Below, piece by piece: positions 10,301 to 19,683 of a stretch of DNA of 64,000 nt. Both the position numbers and the translations under genes were made by a program. The stretch covers positions 128,001 to 192,000 of the forward strand of contig JBMNFY010000007.1 of NCBI GenBank assembly GCA_050949565.1, in the 5' to 3' direction. Within the stretch, counting starts at the first letter, position 1. Each line of letters begins with the position of its first letter. Under the pieces are notes generated by a model. The model was given only the letters and a program-made list of their open reading frames with translations, was not told where the DNA came from and ran no database searches. This stretch comes from Kiritimatiellia bacterium (GTDB taxonomy: Bacteria; Verrucomicrobiota; Kiritimatiellia; RFP12; UBA1067).

Positions 10301-13022
10301 CATAGGACCAGTAGCGCGGCGCGGTGATCACGGGCTGCGGCAGCAGGGCGACCGGTGCGCCGGAGAGCATGTCCACGACGAGGGCGGTGGAGAGCGCATG
10401 ATAGAGGTGGCCTGATGTGCCAGGGCTACAGTAGCCGTCCCACCGTCCATTGGAGTTTTGTTCGGTCAACAGCTTCTGGCGGAGGCCGACCGCAGGGTCG
10501 TCAAACCAATCGCGTCCGGAGTGCCACAGCGCCGTGACCGGCTGCGGCGTCGCTTCGCGCAGAACAGCACTCAGACCCCAGAGCATCATGTAGGATTTGT
10601 CGTTGTTGCTGAGCGGCCAGGGCTGGTCGTCGAGCCAACGCTCGGCATTGCGCCAGAAGGGCTGCGTGCGGTCAAAGCCGTGGAGTCGGGCGAAGTGCAG
10701 ACCACCGACCGTCGCGGACCAGAGATCGGAGCCGCCCTGCGGATAGGGGGTCGTATTGCCGAATGATCCGTCGGGACGCACCTGCCGGTTGAGCCAGCTC
10801 AGGTTCGCGGCCTTGAGGCTGTCCGGTATCATCACGCCCAATTCGCGTTGCGCCGAACGCAGCGCAAGGGCGACATGCATGCCGGCCGCCGTGTCGCCGC
10901 GGTAGGAATCCAAACGGCTCCAGGAGCCGTAGTAGGTGTCGTCTGTGCGCTGGCGCGCGACCAGCGTGTCGGCCAGATCGGCCGCGAGGTCGGCGAAGTG
11001 CCGGTGCTTGACGCCGTCCGCGCCCGTGCCTGCCATTGCGAAGTGGCGTTGTGCGCGGGACAACGTGTCGAGAATGCGCGACACCGTGACATCCGGGTAG
11101 TCGCCGTTGGGTGTCGTGAGCCCGATGCCGTTGTTGTTGCTGTCGGCAGAACCAGAAATGGCGACCGTGGCGAGTTTGTTGAAGAGCCAGTCGTAGCCGA
11201 GGCGCACGGTCTCAACATACGGGTTGTCCGCCGCATTCCCGTCCAGCCGGTGTCCGTTCTTTTGGAAAGCGTTGATGCAGGCACCGACCGTTTCGATGCC
11301 GTTCCAGCCGCCGTACATGCTGTTCCACTGGCCTGTACTCTTGTTCTGGTCTTTGTGCAACCACCAGAGTGCCAGATCGATCGCCAGATCGGTACGGGTC
11401 ACGGGCGTGTCTTCCACGAGGACGATCGGATAGGTAGCTTCACCGACGTTGTTCGCGGCGTCCCATACCCGTAACGTGGCGGTGAAAGTCTGGCCCGGCG
11501 TGCCGGTGTAGGTGTACGTGGACTCGATCTTGTTGCGGTCGCCCACGTTAGCGACATTGTTGCTGGTGCCGTCGCCGTAGATCCATTGGTAGCGCAGGGT
11601 GCCGCTGTCGCGCGCGACGCCCTTGAGCAGATGCGGCACACCCGAAATGACGGGATGGGGGGCTGAGGGATCACCCTGATAGAAGGGCGTTATGACCTGC
11701 GGTGCGCGGTCGGCCTCGACCGTGACGGTCACGCTGTTGGTGTCCGCCTGTCCGGCGCCGTCCACGACGACCAGACGCACGGTATAGGTGCCGGCATTGG
11801 TGTATGTGTAGGATGGACTGACGCCGACCGCATCGATGTCGTTGGCCGGATCGCCGTCGGAGTCGGAATCCGTCGCGGTATCCATGTCCCAGAAGTAGGA
11901 GACGATGCCCTGCTGCACGCCGGGTGCGGCGTTGTCGGAGGAGTGTACAGCGTTGAAGTAGACTGGAGGTCCGCCCGCGCCGCCGATGGTCGGGGTGCCG
12001 GGGTCAGCAGTCGGGGGCGTGGAAGCTGCCACGATGACCGGCAGGGTTGCGGCGGCGGATTCGCGGCCGGCGGCGTCGGTCACCACAAGCGTCGCGGTAT
12101 AGGTGCCGGCGGAGCGATAGCGGTGCAGCGGCGTCGCGCCCTCGCCGGTTGTGCCGTCGCCGAAGTCCCAGCGGAAGGTCAGCGAGCGCGACATCGCCGG
12201 TCGAGGCGTTGCCATTGAAACGCACCGTCCATCCGGTCTCAGCCGTAAGCTGGCTCGCATCGGGGACATCGGTGCTGATCACCGCCGTCGGGGTGCTTCC
12301 GGGTGCCGTGAGCGTGACCGGGCAGACCGTGACATGCGTATGCGCCGCCGCCTTGGTTGGTTGGCCGTGTTGCCGATGAAGACGCAGTTATGGCACGTGG
12401 AATACATTGCGCCGCCGCCCTCTGCCATTGCACGGTTGTTCAGAATCCGGCAATCGATCACGCGCCCCTCGTGAACGCCCCCGCCGGAGTATGCGGCGTT
12501 GCCGGCCACCACGCAGTTCGAGAGGGTGACATCCCAGTACCCCAGGTACGCGCCGCCGCCCGAGCTGTCCGTCGCCCAAGCGTCTGCGGCGGTGAAGCCG
12601 TTGGTCAGGGTGAACCCCGCGATCAGCGTGCCATCGAAGGTCGCATGTACGCAACGGATGGCGTCAGCACCCAAGTCGTCCGCGTTTGGATCGGGGGCGC
12701 CGACGATAAACGTTTGGTCGGGGCCTGCGGCCGCGAGCAACGTGAGCGCCTTGTCAATATACACGCGGTTGTTTAGCGTGTCGTCGCCAGATTCGGCCGG
12801 ACGCCCGCCTTCGGCATAAAAGCCCGGTGCGGCCAGCACCACATCCCCCGGCTCAGCGGCGTCGACGGCCGCTTGCAGCGTTCGCTTGGCGGTGGCGGCG
12901 GTCAAGCCGTCGTTGGCATCGGAACCGCTGACCGCATCCACATAGTTCGTTGTGGCGCCGGTTGACAGGGCGAGAAAGAAACTCAGGCAACCGCTGAGCA
13001 AGAGGGAGGATTTGATTTCCAT
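1369..13022 (-). CDS. Giant (~3,900 aa) secreted multidomain protein: signal peptide, beta-helix-like region, PKD domains, QW-repeat (alpha/alpha) barrel, FN3 and Ig-like domains, Gly-rich linker, C-terminal Hint domain; broken by frameshifts
   Basis: ORFs 12279-13034, 12004-12282, 9000-12269 and 1369-9150 join into continuous domain sequence across frame switches near 12355, 12335, 12195 and 9095 (e.g. TLTATPAAG to FVEWRDQSTY). Start MEIKSSLLL at 13022; PKD WDFGDG/WDFDGDG motifs; CFAAGTPVLMADG...TAEH Hint motifs. Confidence 0.8.
1438..1833 (-). other. Hint (intein-like/PT-HINT-like) domain at the C-terminus of the giant protein
   Basis: CFAAGTPVLMADGTSRAIEAVKPGDVV (block A), LRTTAEHRIW (block B TxxH), VYTFEL...YYAHGVLVRHLC (block F/G lacking the terminal Asn). 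Confidence 0.9.
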
Positions 13023-13109
13023 GGCATCTCCCAAGACGTTAGGGCAGGAAGCTTCAATACACGGAGGGACATAACGGGATGCCGCTACGTGCCCAAACCA
13101 AGGTTGTTG

Positions 13110-13655
13110 TCTGCGAGTATAGTGTACCGCTCCAACGGATGCAAGGGCCTCTGCGGCAGGGCGACGGTCATGGCGCCGAACTCCAGCTTATAGCTTTTCA
13201 CCCCGTCCCCCGTCTCCCTCGTGACGATCTCGATGTGCTTCATGGGGCAGGATGCCGCCAGTTCTTCGGCCAGCGCGGTCCGCCGGCCGTGGAGCAGGTT
13301 GCGGTTGCCCACGAGGCGCACGATGTAGTCCAGTTTGCGCCGGTCCAGGCCGTCGAACAGCCAGTCTCCGTCGCCTCCGCGGTCGATGACGTAGATGCCG
13401 CGCTTCTTCGCGCGGGAGCTGATCTGGTCGATGACGCCGAGCACCTCGTCGTTCTGGCTGATGAAGCCCTCCGCCTCGCTCGACCACAGCCGCATGTGCA
13501 ACGGCGTGATCCGGCGGCCGCCGCTCTCGCAGGCGACCGCCAGGCAGGCGCTGTATCCGTTGCCGATCTCCCCCGTGCTCCCGTCCCGGACGCGGGCGAG
13601 ATATTCCATCTTCTTCGCGTACAGCTTACGGATGTCGGTCGGGTCGATGAGGAAC
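13110..13655 (-). pseudogene. Internal fragment of a DDE transposase (IS4-like family)
   Basis: IYVIDRGGD motif and DYIVRLVGNRNL; no N- or C-terminus; near-identical to the fragment at ~29960-30196. Confidence 0.8.
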
Positions 13656-13745
13656 CGGTTGTTTTTGGGTTAAGATTCGGTTAAGGTTCGGTTTTTGAGG
13701 TTGAGTGCTCGGATTAGTTGGGTCGGCAGGATCATTTCTGGAGAC

Positions 13746-13777
13746 AAAAAAGGCCAGCGTTGCCGCTGGCCTTTTTT
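13746..13777 (-). terminator. Intrinsic terminator downstream of tsf (bidirectional form)
   Basis: AAAAAAGGCCAGCG-TTGC-CGCTGGCCTTTTTT perfect inverted repeat with A/T tracts. Confidence 0.85.
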
Positions 13778-13805
13778 ACGATTGTCCTGTCGGAAGCGTC
13801 GGGTT

Positions 13806-14663
13806 TTACGCCGCGCCGAGCTGGAAGCGCACGAAGCGCGTGATGGTGATCGCGTCGCCGGTGGCCTTTTCGCATGCCTTCACGATATCCGTGATGGACT
13901 GCTTGGGCTCTTTGACGAACGGCTGGTTGATCAGGCAGACCTCGGAGTAGAACTTGTTGACGATGCCTTTGAGGGCGTTCTCTACGATGTTCGCCGGCTT
14001 GCCCTTGAAACGGTCGCTGTTGCGCGCGATCTCTTTCTCGTTCTCGATCACATCGGCCGGAACTTCGGCGGAGAGCAAATAGCGCGGAGCCGCCGCCGCG
14101 ATCTGAAGGGCGAGGTCGTGAACCAGCTCTTTGAACGCATCAGTTTCCAGCGTTTCGGCTTTGCCGGCGGCCACTTCGACGAGTACGCCGACCTTGCCGC
14201 CCATGTGGATGTAGGACTCGATCATCGCATTATCCGCGCGGACATAGTGTGCCGCACGGCGGATCTTGACGTTCTCGCCGGTCTGCGAGACGATCGTCAT
14301 GAACGGATCTTTCAGCGTTGCGGCCAACTCTTCCGGGCAGGTCTTGCCGGTCTCGAGCACCGTCTTGGTCACCAATTCGGCAAAAGCCTTGAAGTTATCG
14401 GTCTTGGCGACGAAATCGGTCTCGGTATTGACCTCCGCCATCGCGAAAACCTTGCCGTCATCTGAGGCCAAAGCGCTGATGATGCCCTCCTTGGACTCTT
14501 TATCGGCGCGCTTGACCTGAATGGCCAGGCCCTTCTCGCGCAAGATCTTGACTGCGGCTTCCATGTCGCCGCCGGTCTCGGTCAGCGCTTTCTTGCAGTC
14601 CATCATGCCGGCATTGGTGAGCTGGCGCAGTTCATTGATAAGTGCAACAGTGACAGTAGCCAT
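13806..14663 (-). CDS. tsf: Translation elongation factor Ts
   Basis: LRQLTNAGMMDCKKAL, EVNTETDFVAK motifs; follows rpsB. Confidence 0.98.
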   Translation of the reverse strand: MATVTVALINELRQLTNAGMMDCKKALTETGGDMEAAVKILREKGLAIQVKRADKESKEGIISALASDDGKVFAMAEVNTETDFVAKTDNFKAFAELVTKTVLETGKTCPEELAATLKDPFMTIVSQTGENVKIRRAAHYVRADNAMIESYIHMGGKVGVLVEVAAGKAETLETDAFKELVHDLALQIAAAAPRYLLSAEVPADVIENEKEIARNSDRFKGKPANIVENALKGIVNKFYSEVCLINQPFVKEPKQSITDIVKACEKATGDAITITRFVRFQLGAA

Positions 14664-14737
14664 AAGTGTCTCCTCAATTAGAAAGGGTTAGTGTTGGTGG
14701 GGGGGGGCGGTCCGGCAACAGACTGCCCCGTCGTGAA

Positions 14738-15937
14738 TTATTCAGCCTCCGGAGTCGCGCTCTCGGCGGCGGCTTCAGCCTTTGGCTCGGCGGTTTTTGC
14801 GTCAGCCTTCTTCGTATCAGCCTTGGCAGCCGGCGCTTCGTCCTTCTTGGCGTCAGTTTCAGGCTTCGGCTCAGCGGCCTTGGCCTTTGTCTCAGCCTTA
14901 GCTTCCGGCGCGTCAGCCTTCTTCGCGGCGGCCTTGGTGTCTGGTTCGGCCTTCGCAACGGCCGGTGCTTCGGTCTTCTTGGCGGCAGTTTCAGTAGCAG
15001 CCTCAGCCGAGGTCTCAGGAGCGGCCTCGACTGCGGCGATCTTCGCATCGACCGCATCCTTCGCGGCCTTGGCAGCGCGCTTACGGGTTTCAGTCAGCTT
15101 GGCCTTGGCCTTGGCGGCACTTTCGGCATCGGCGGCATCCCGGCGTGCCTTGCGTGTCGCACGCTCCTGCGCGTCCTTGGCGGCCTGTTCAGCCTCGCGC
15201 TGACGTTGACGTTCGGTGGCAATCCGGCTGTACTCTTCGTTCGCCTCTTTGATGACCTTGCTGAGGCCGTCCACGATTGCCTTGACACCGCGCACGGCGT
15301 CATCGTTGGCAGGGATCACATAGTCAACGAGATCAGGGTCAGCGTTGGTATCGACCATCGCCACGATCGGGATGCCGAGACGGACCGCCTCCTTGACAGC
15401 GTTCTGCTCCCGGCAGATGTCAATGATAACGAGCGCACCGGGCTTGTTATCCATGTCCGCCACGCCGCTGAGGTTTTTCTGCAACTTGTCCAGTTCGCGG
15501 CGCAAGCTTGCCGCTTCTTTCTTATGGACGGAGAGCACGCCGTTGTTGTTGCGGGCCATCGCCTCAATCTGGCGCATACGGCGCACGCTGCGACGGATGG
15601 TCTGATTGTTAGTGAGGGTGCCGCCCAACCAGCGTTCGGTCACGTAGTACTGACCACACGCGGAGGCCGCTTCCTGCACAACCTCCTGCGCCTGCTTTTT
15701 GGTGGCTACGAAAAGCACCTTTTTGCCAGCCAGCACAGTGTCGCGCAGGAACGCGGCTGCCTCGTCGATCAGGGGGATCGTCAGGGTCAGGTCGATGATG
15801 TAGATCCCGTTGCGCTTATCAAAAATGTAGCGCTTCATCTTGGGATTCCAACGCTTGGTCTGGTGGCCGAAGTGTAGACCTGCATCCATCAGGTCTTTCA
15901 GGGTGAGCCCGGTGAGGCTCGACACTGGCATTTGCAT
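14738..15937 (-). CDS. rpsB: 30S ribosomal protein S2 with long Ala/Lys/Glu-rich C-terminal extension
   Basis: AGLHFGHQTKRWNPKM, RWLGGTLTN, IPANDDA motifs. Confidence 0.98.
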   Translation of the reverse strand: MQMPVSSLTGLTLKDLMDAGLHFGHQTKRWNPKMKRYIFDKRNGIYIIDLTLTIPLIDEAAAFLRDTVLAGKKVLFVATKKQAQEVVQEAASACGQYYVTERWLGGTLTNNQTIRRSVRRMRQIEAMARNNNGVLSVHKKEAASLRRELDKLQKNLSGVADMDNKPGALVIIDICREQNAVKEAVRLGIPIVAMVDTNADPDLVDYVIPANDDAVRGVKAIVDGLSKVIKEANEEYSRIATERQRQREAEQAAKDAQERATRKARRDAADAESAAKAKAKLTETRKRAAKAAKDAVDAKIAAVEAAPETSAEAATETAAKKTEAPAVAKAEPDTKAAAKKADAPEAKAETKAKAAEPKPETDAKKDEAPAAKADTKKADAKTAEPKAEAAAESATPEAE

Positions 15938-15939
15938 GG

Positions 15940-16070
15940 TGTCGTTTCCTTGAACGTGTAGGACGGTCCATCACACCGTCCCCAGGGTTAATCCGCTTTG
16001 ACGCCCGGCGACACGCCGACACGCCTTCGCTTCCGCACGAAGGAGCCACTCGGCAGTTCGTGCTGATGTG
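15940..16070 (-). promoter_or_regulatory. Probable structured rpsB 5' leader (S2 autoregulatory element)
   Basis: Position upstream of rpsB-tsf; GC-rich hairpins such as GGACGGT...ACCGTCC; not matched to a model. Confidence 0.35.
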
Positions 16071-16125
16071 AAAAGGAACAGATTACCGCTTCACGGCGGC
16101 AAAAGCAAGGGCAAAGCCTGCAAAA

Positions 16126-16818
16126 TTACGCTCTCTTGGCGATGTCTGCACCGAGGCGATAGGCTTTATCACAATCCTCTGGGAACTGTGTCTGCCGAAC
16201 CGCATCCTTATGCGCCACATCAAAACGCCCCGCATGGAATTTTGCGTAGTCGCTGAACTGATAGGTGTCGCAAACGAACAGTGACTCCGGCTTCCCATCG
16301 CCGAACAGACGCGCAGCGGTTTCCGGGAGCAAGCGGAACCGCTCCGGATAGCCCATTTTTTGCGCCATCTCCTCCGGCACATTCATGGTGTAGACGAACG
16401 CTACCGGAAACCTTTTCTGGGCCATGCTAACGGAAAAGTCATCATAGCTCAGCGCCGGGAAAAACAGGCGTTCAATCAGATTCCGGCACATGCCGGATTC
16501 GCCACCGAAGTAAACCGGCGTGCCAATGATGAGCCCGTCTCCCTTGCAGACCTCCTCCAGAACCGGGGTCAAAGCATCGTTGAGAGCGCACATTCCGGTG
16601 CTGTCTCTATCTTTCCGTTTGCAGACAAAACAACTGCTGCAACCACTGAATGTAAGATCAGCCAGATGAATGAGCTTTGTTTCCGCACCGGCGTCGGCCG
16701 CGCCTTTCAAAGCACTTTCAAGAACCTTGGCGGTGTTCCAGTTCTTACGCGGGCTGCAGTTGATGGCATAGACTTTTTTATCGCCACGGCATGCTGCGGA
16801 TACATTGGGGGTGGTCAT
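16126..16818 (-). CDS. Flavodoxin-family / iron-sulfur flavoprotein (NADPH-dependent FMN reductase fold)
   Basis: AINCSPRKNWNT, GCSSCFVCK...C, IGTPVYFG motifs. Confidence 0.9.
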   Translation of the reverse strand: MTTPNVSAACRGDKKVYAINCSPRKNWNTAKVLESALKGAADAGAETKLIHLADLTFSGCSSCFVCKRKDRDSTGMCALNDALTPVLEEVCKGDGLIIGTPVYFGGESGMCRNLIERLFFPALSYDDFSVSMAQKRFPVAFVYTMNVPEEMAQKMGYPERFRLLPETAARLFGDGKPESLFVCDTYQFSDYAKFHAGRFDVAHKDAVRQTQFPEDCDKAYRLGADIAKRA

Positions 16819-17011
16819 AGGTAGGTGATCTCCTTTTCGGGGGTGGTTTCGTGTTCGTGAAGGATGAAGGCGAGCATGCCGTCAGGGTTTCGGCATTCCG
16901 TCATGGTCGCATCAGGTCTCCCGAGGCTCCCTTAACTAGAGAACTGGGGCACTGTAACAGATGCGAGCATCACATTCAAGCACACACGCGAGAACGCGAC
17001 GCGTTTCCCTC

Positions 17012-19407
17012 TCAACGAAGGAAGTAAACCGTGCCGTTTGGCTTCCGCGCCACGATGGCGAACCAGCCCGCATTCCACGTTTCCGATGAGGCGTCAACGG
17101 CTGTCGTGGTTTCGATGTACGGATTGGCAGGGTCAAGCGTGACCAGTGTGCCGCTCACACGTGACCATCCGCCCGAAGGCGAACCGTCGTGATGGTAGAC
17201 CCCCAACTTGTGGTCTGGCTCAATGCCCTCCGGGTCGTAGCGGAACTTGACGGTCATGCCCTCAAACGTGACCGGTGTTGGTTCCGCGGCACTGCCTGAT
17301 ACCGAGGAAAAGCCTACGCGCCATACACCTTTCACGAGGTCATGCCGGTTGTTTGAAAGACCGACCGGGATGTCGCTGCGGTCAGCAGCATAGAGTTCGG
17401 CGAAATTGTAGAACGTCCCCGCCGGATACGTCGTCATCGTATAGCGGAAGCTGTTCACGAGCGAGAAACCCGCACGTGTCGGGTAATCACCCACTGTGGT
17501 GTGAGAACTCCCCGAACAATTCTGCATTCGCGGGTAGATGAGGCGCCCCTTCCCGACGGCATACCAGCCGTTTGTGCCTGACGCATTGTTTTCGACGTTG
17601 TAGCCGACTGTCCTGAATGCGCTGAAATCCAAGTCATGCTCCTCGCCGCCGCCATCCGCGACAAACTGTCCGTGCGGCGTGAGGCGGAGTGTGTTGGACG
17701 CTACTGCACGTTTGATGCTTCCCCACCCGTGGACGCGGCTGGCCGACATGCTATCGCTTCGCCCCAGAAAGAGCGACCAGTAACCGCTACCGCCGCCAAC
17801 GAAAGCAATGGTGCCGCCCTGCATGTTCAGAAGACCGATCGCGGTTTGGCTATTGGCGGCGATCGAGAGATTCGTGATCGGCCCGAGAAAGACATTTTCG
17901 TCCACGGTCAATTGACCATACGAACCGGTCCCCGCGGCGATATCGATGCGTTGGCTGGCGATATTCGTAATGGACGCGGAATCGAGTACCTCCACGATGC
18001 CCGTCGCACCTGCACCATACCCGATCGTGAGTGATTTCGGGCTGTCGATCATCGCGGTGTCGTTCAGTGTCACTCTGCCCGAACTCGCACTGCCGCGCCC
18101 CACATGCCAATCGGCATTTCCCGCCACGCAGCCCGCGCCGTTCAGCGTCATCGCTCCGTACGCCTCGCGACCGCTCGCGACCAGACAATATGTGTTGATG
18201 TCAAGGGTGGCGTCGGTAACCGTCACACGCCCTGTTGCTGTTGTCTGATTGCCCAACGTCACATACGTGCCCGTCGACCAATCGTCGTCCAATACCAGTT
18301 CACCCGTCCCTACACTACCGACGATGATCTCCCGGCTGCCGGCCGCCATGTTGATTGTACCCCCCGGCTTCAGATGAAAACGTCCAAACCCGCTACGCCC
18401 CAGCGTAAATTTTCGCGCAACGTTCAATATTTCGCTGTTCTCGGCGTATCCAACACTGCTCGATTCGCCGCCGACAAAGAAGTCGGTCACTGTGATCTCG
18501 CCATTGTTCGTGAGCGAACTGCCCTGGCCGCGTACACTCACGATGAATTCGCCCGCGTCGCTATTGATGAAACATCCCCCCTCATCCACCGTCAAGGAAC
18601 TGACGCCGGCGGAGTAGCCGATGTAGACGTGCTTCTTCGTGCGCCATTCGCCGCCCGAGGCGATGCGGATGTGCGCTGCCGTGTCACTTGTGCTCGTGCC
18701 GCCCCCCCCAGAATGAGATTCTCGGCATTCGTCACCGTGCCCCCGTCTTCCACGAGAAACTGCTGATGATATGTGCTGTTCCCGATAGTCATGCGACGCG
18801 TCTCGGCATGGACACCGTTTCCCACGCGAAGCGGCACGTTCACGTTCTTCGAAGAGTAGAGAACCACGTCATCGCCCAATGACGGCAAGAAATTTAGGGG
18901 GTCATAATTGCCTGGGCTCGAAAACCAGTCCTTTGCCGAGTCCCAGGGATAGTCGCTCAGGCCAGCCGGTGGCTTATAGCACATCTGAGTGAAGCCCGCC
19001 GGGGTGGTGAACGTCGTCTCATTCGTGGCAGCCGGTCCGGCCGACCCCGTGGCGATCGTCCGCACGTAGTACTGTGTGCCCGGCACGAGTTCAGTCCAGC
19101 CAAATACCGCACTGCCCGCCTCGGTTAGGGAGGATGTGCCGACGGACAGAATGTCACCTTCGGCAAAAACATCGGTGGCGGACAACTCCACGGTGAACAC
19201 CGCCGATGTGTTGCCATCCCCGAGAGCCGATAGGAAGGCCGTTGTCGTGGCCGTCAAATAGGACGCCGTGCGTTCCGCAACCTCTGTGGCGGAATCGGCC
19301 AGCGTGGGCGCCTCGGCCGCGCCCGCACCCGAACACAGAAGAGCAAGCCCGCTCACCACCAACAGGCGTACCACATTCACAGGCATTACCGGTAGCATCT
19401 CTTTCAT
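17012..19407 (-). CDS. Secreted beta-strand-repeat (autotransporter-passenger-like) protein, frameshifted near 18600-18700
   Basis: RBS plus MKEMLPV and signal peptide (ORF 18592-19464) continue into Gly-rich beta repeats of ORF 17012-18595; ends KPNGTVYFLR. Confidence 0.7.
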
Positions 19408-19683
19408 TTGCACGTCACTCCTTCTGCGCGAGCCATTACCCAAGCAAACCGTAGGGATTTGCAATCTCTTCGTCCGATATATAGTAAACCTTGTTCCCGT
19501 TAGATGAGCGCGTCGTTTCTGTCAGAAAACAGTTAGAAATTGTTTTTTGCTTTTCAACCTCAAACCGATTGACTTTCCGCCTGTCGCTCATTTATCATCA
19601 CGATACTGCGTGCTTTGGGGAGGGTCCCCTGCGCTGGAGGGCGACGATATTTACACCGAAACCGAGATGTGCTGGAGGTGCGT

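Noticed and set aside
4270-10415. Long plus-strand ORFs (4270-5424, 5482-7347, 7666-9141, 9246-10415)
   Set aside because: Antisense shadows of the GC-rich giant gene with no recognisable motifs
14666-15877. 403-aa plus-strand ORF opposite rpsB
   Set aside because: Antisense shadow of the low-complexity S2 tail
16825-16935. Riboswitch or hammerhead upstream of the flavodoxin-like gene
   Set aside because: CTGATG...GAAA is present on the minus strand but the core reads CUGAUGC and the stems are unconvincing; no riboswitch consensus recognised
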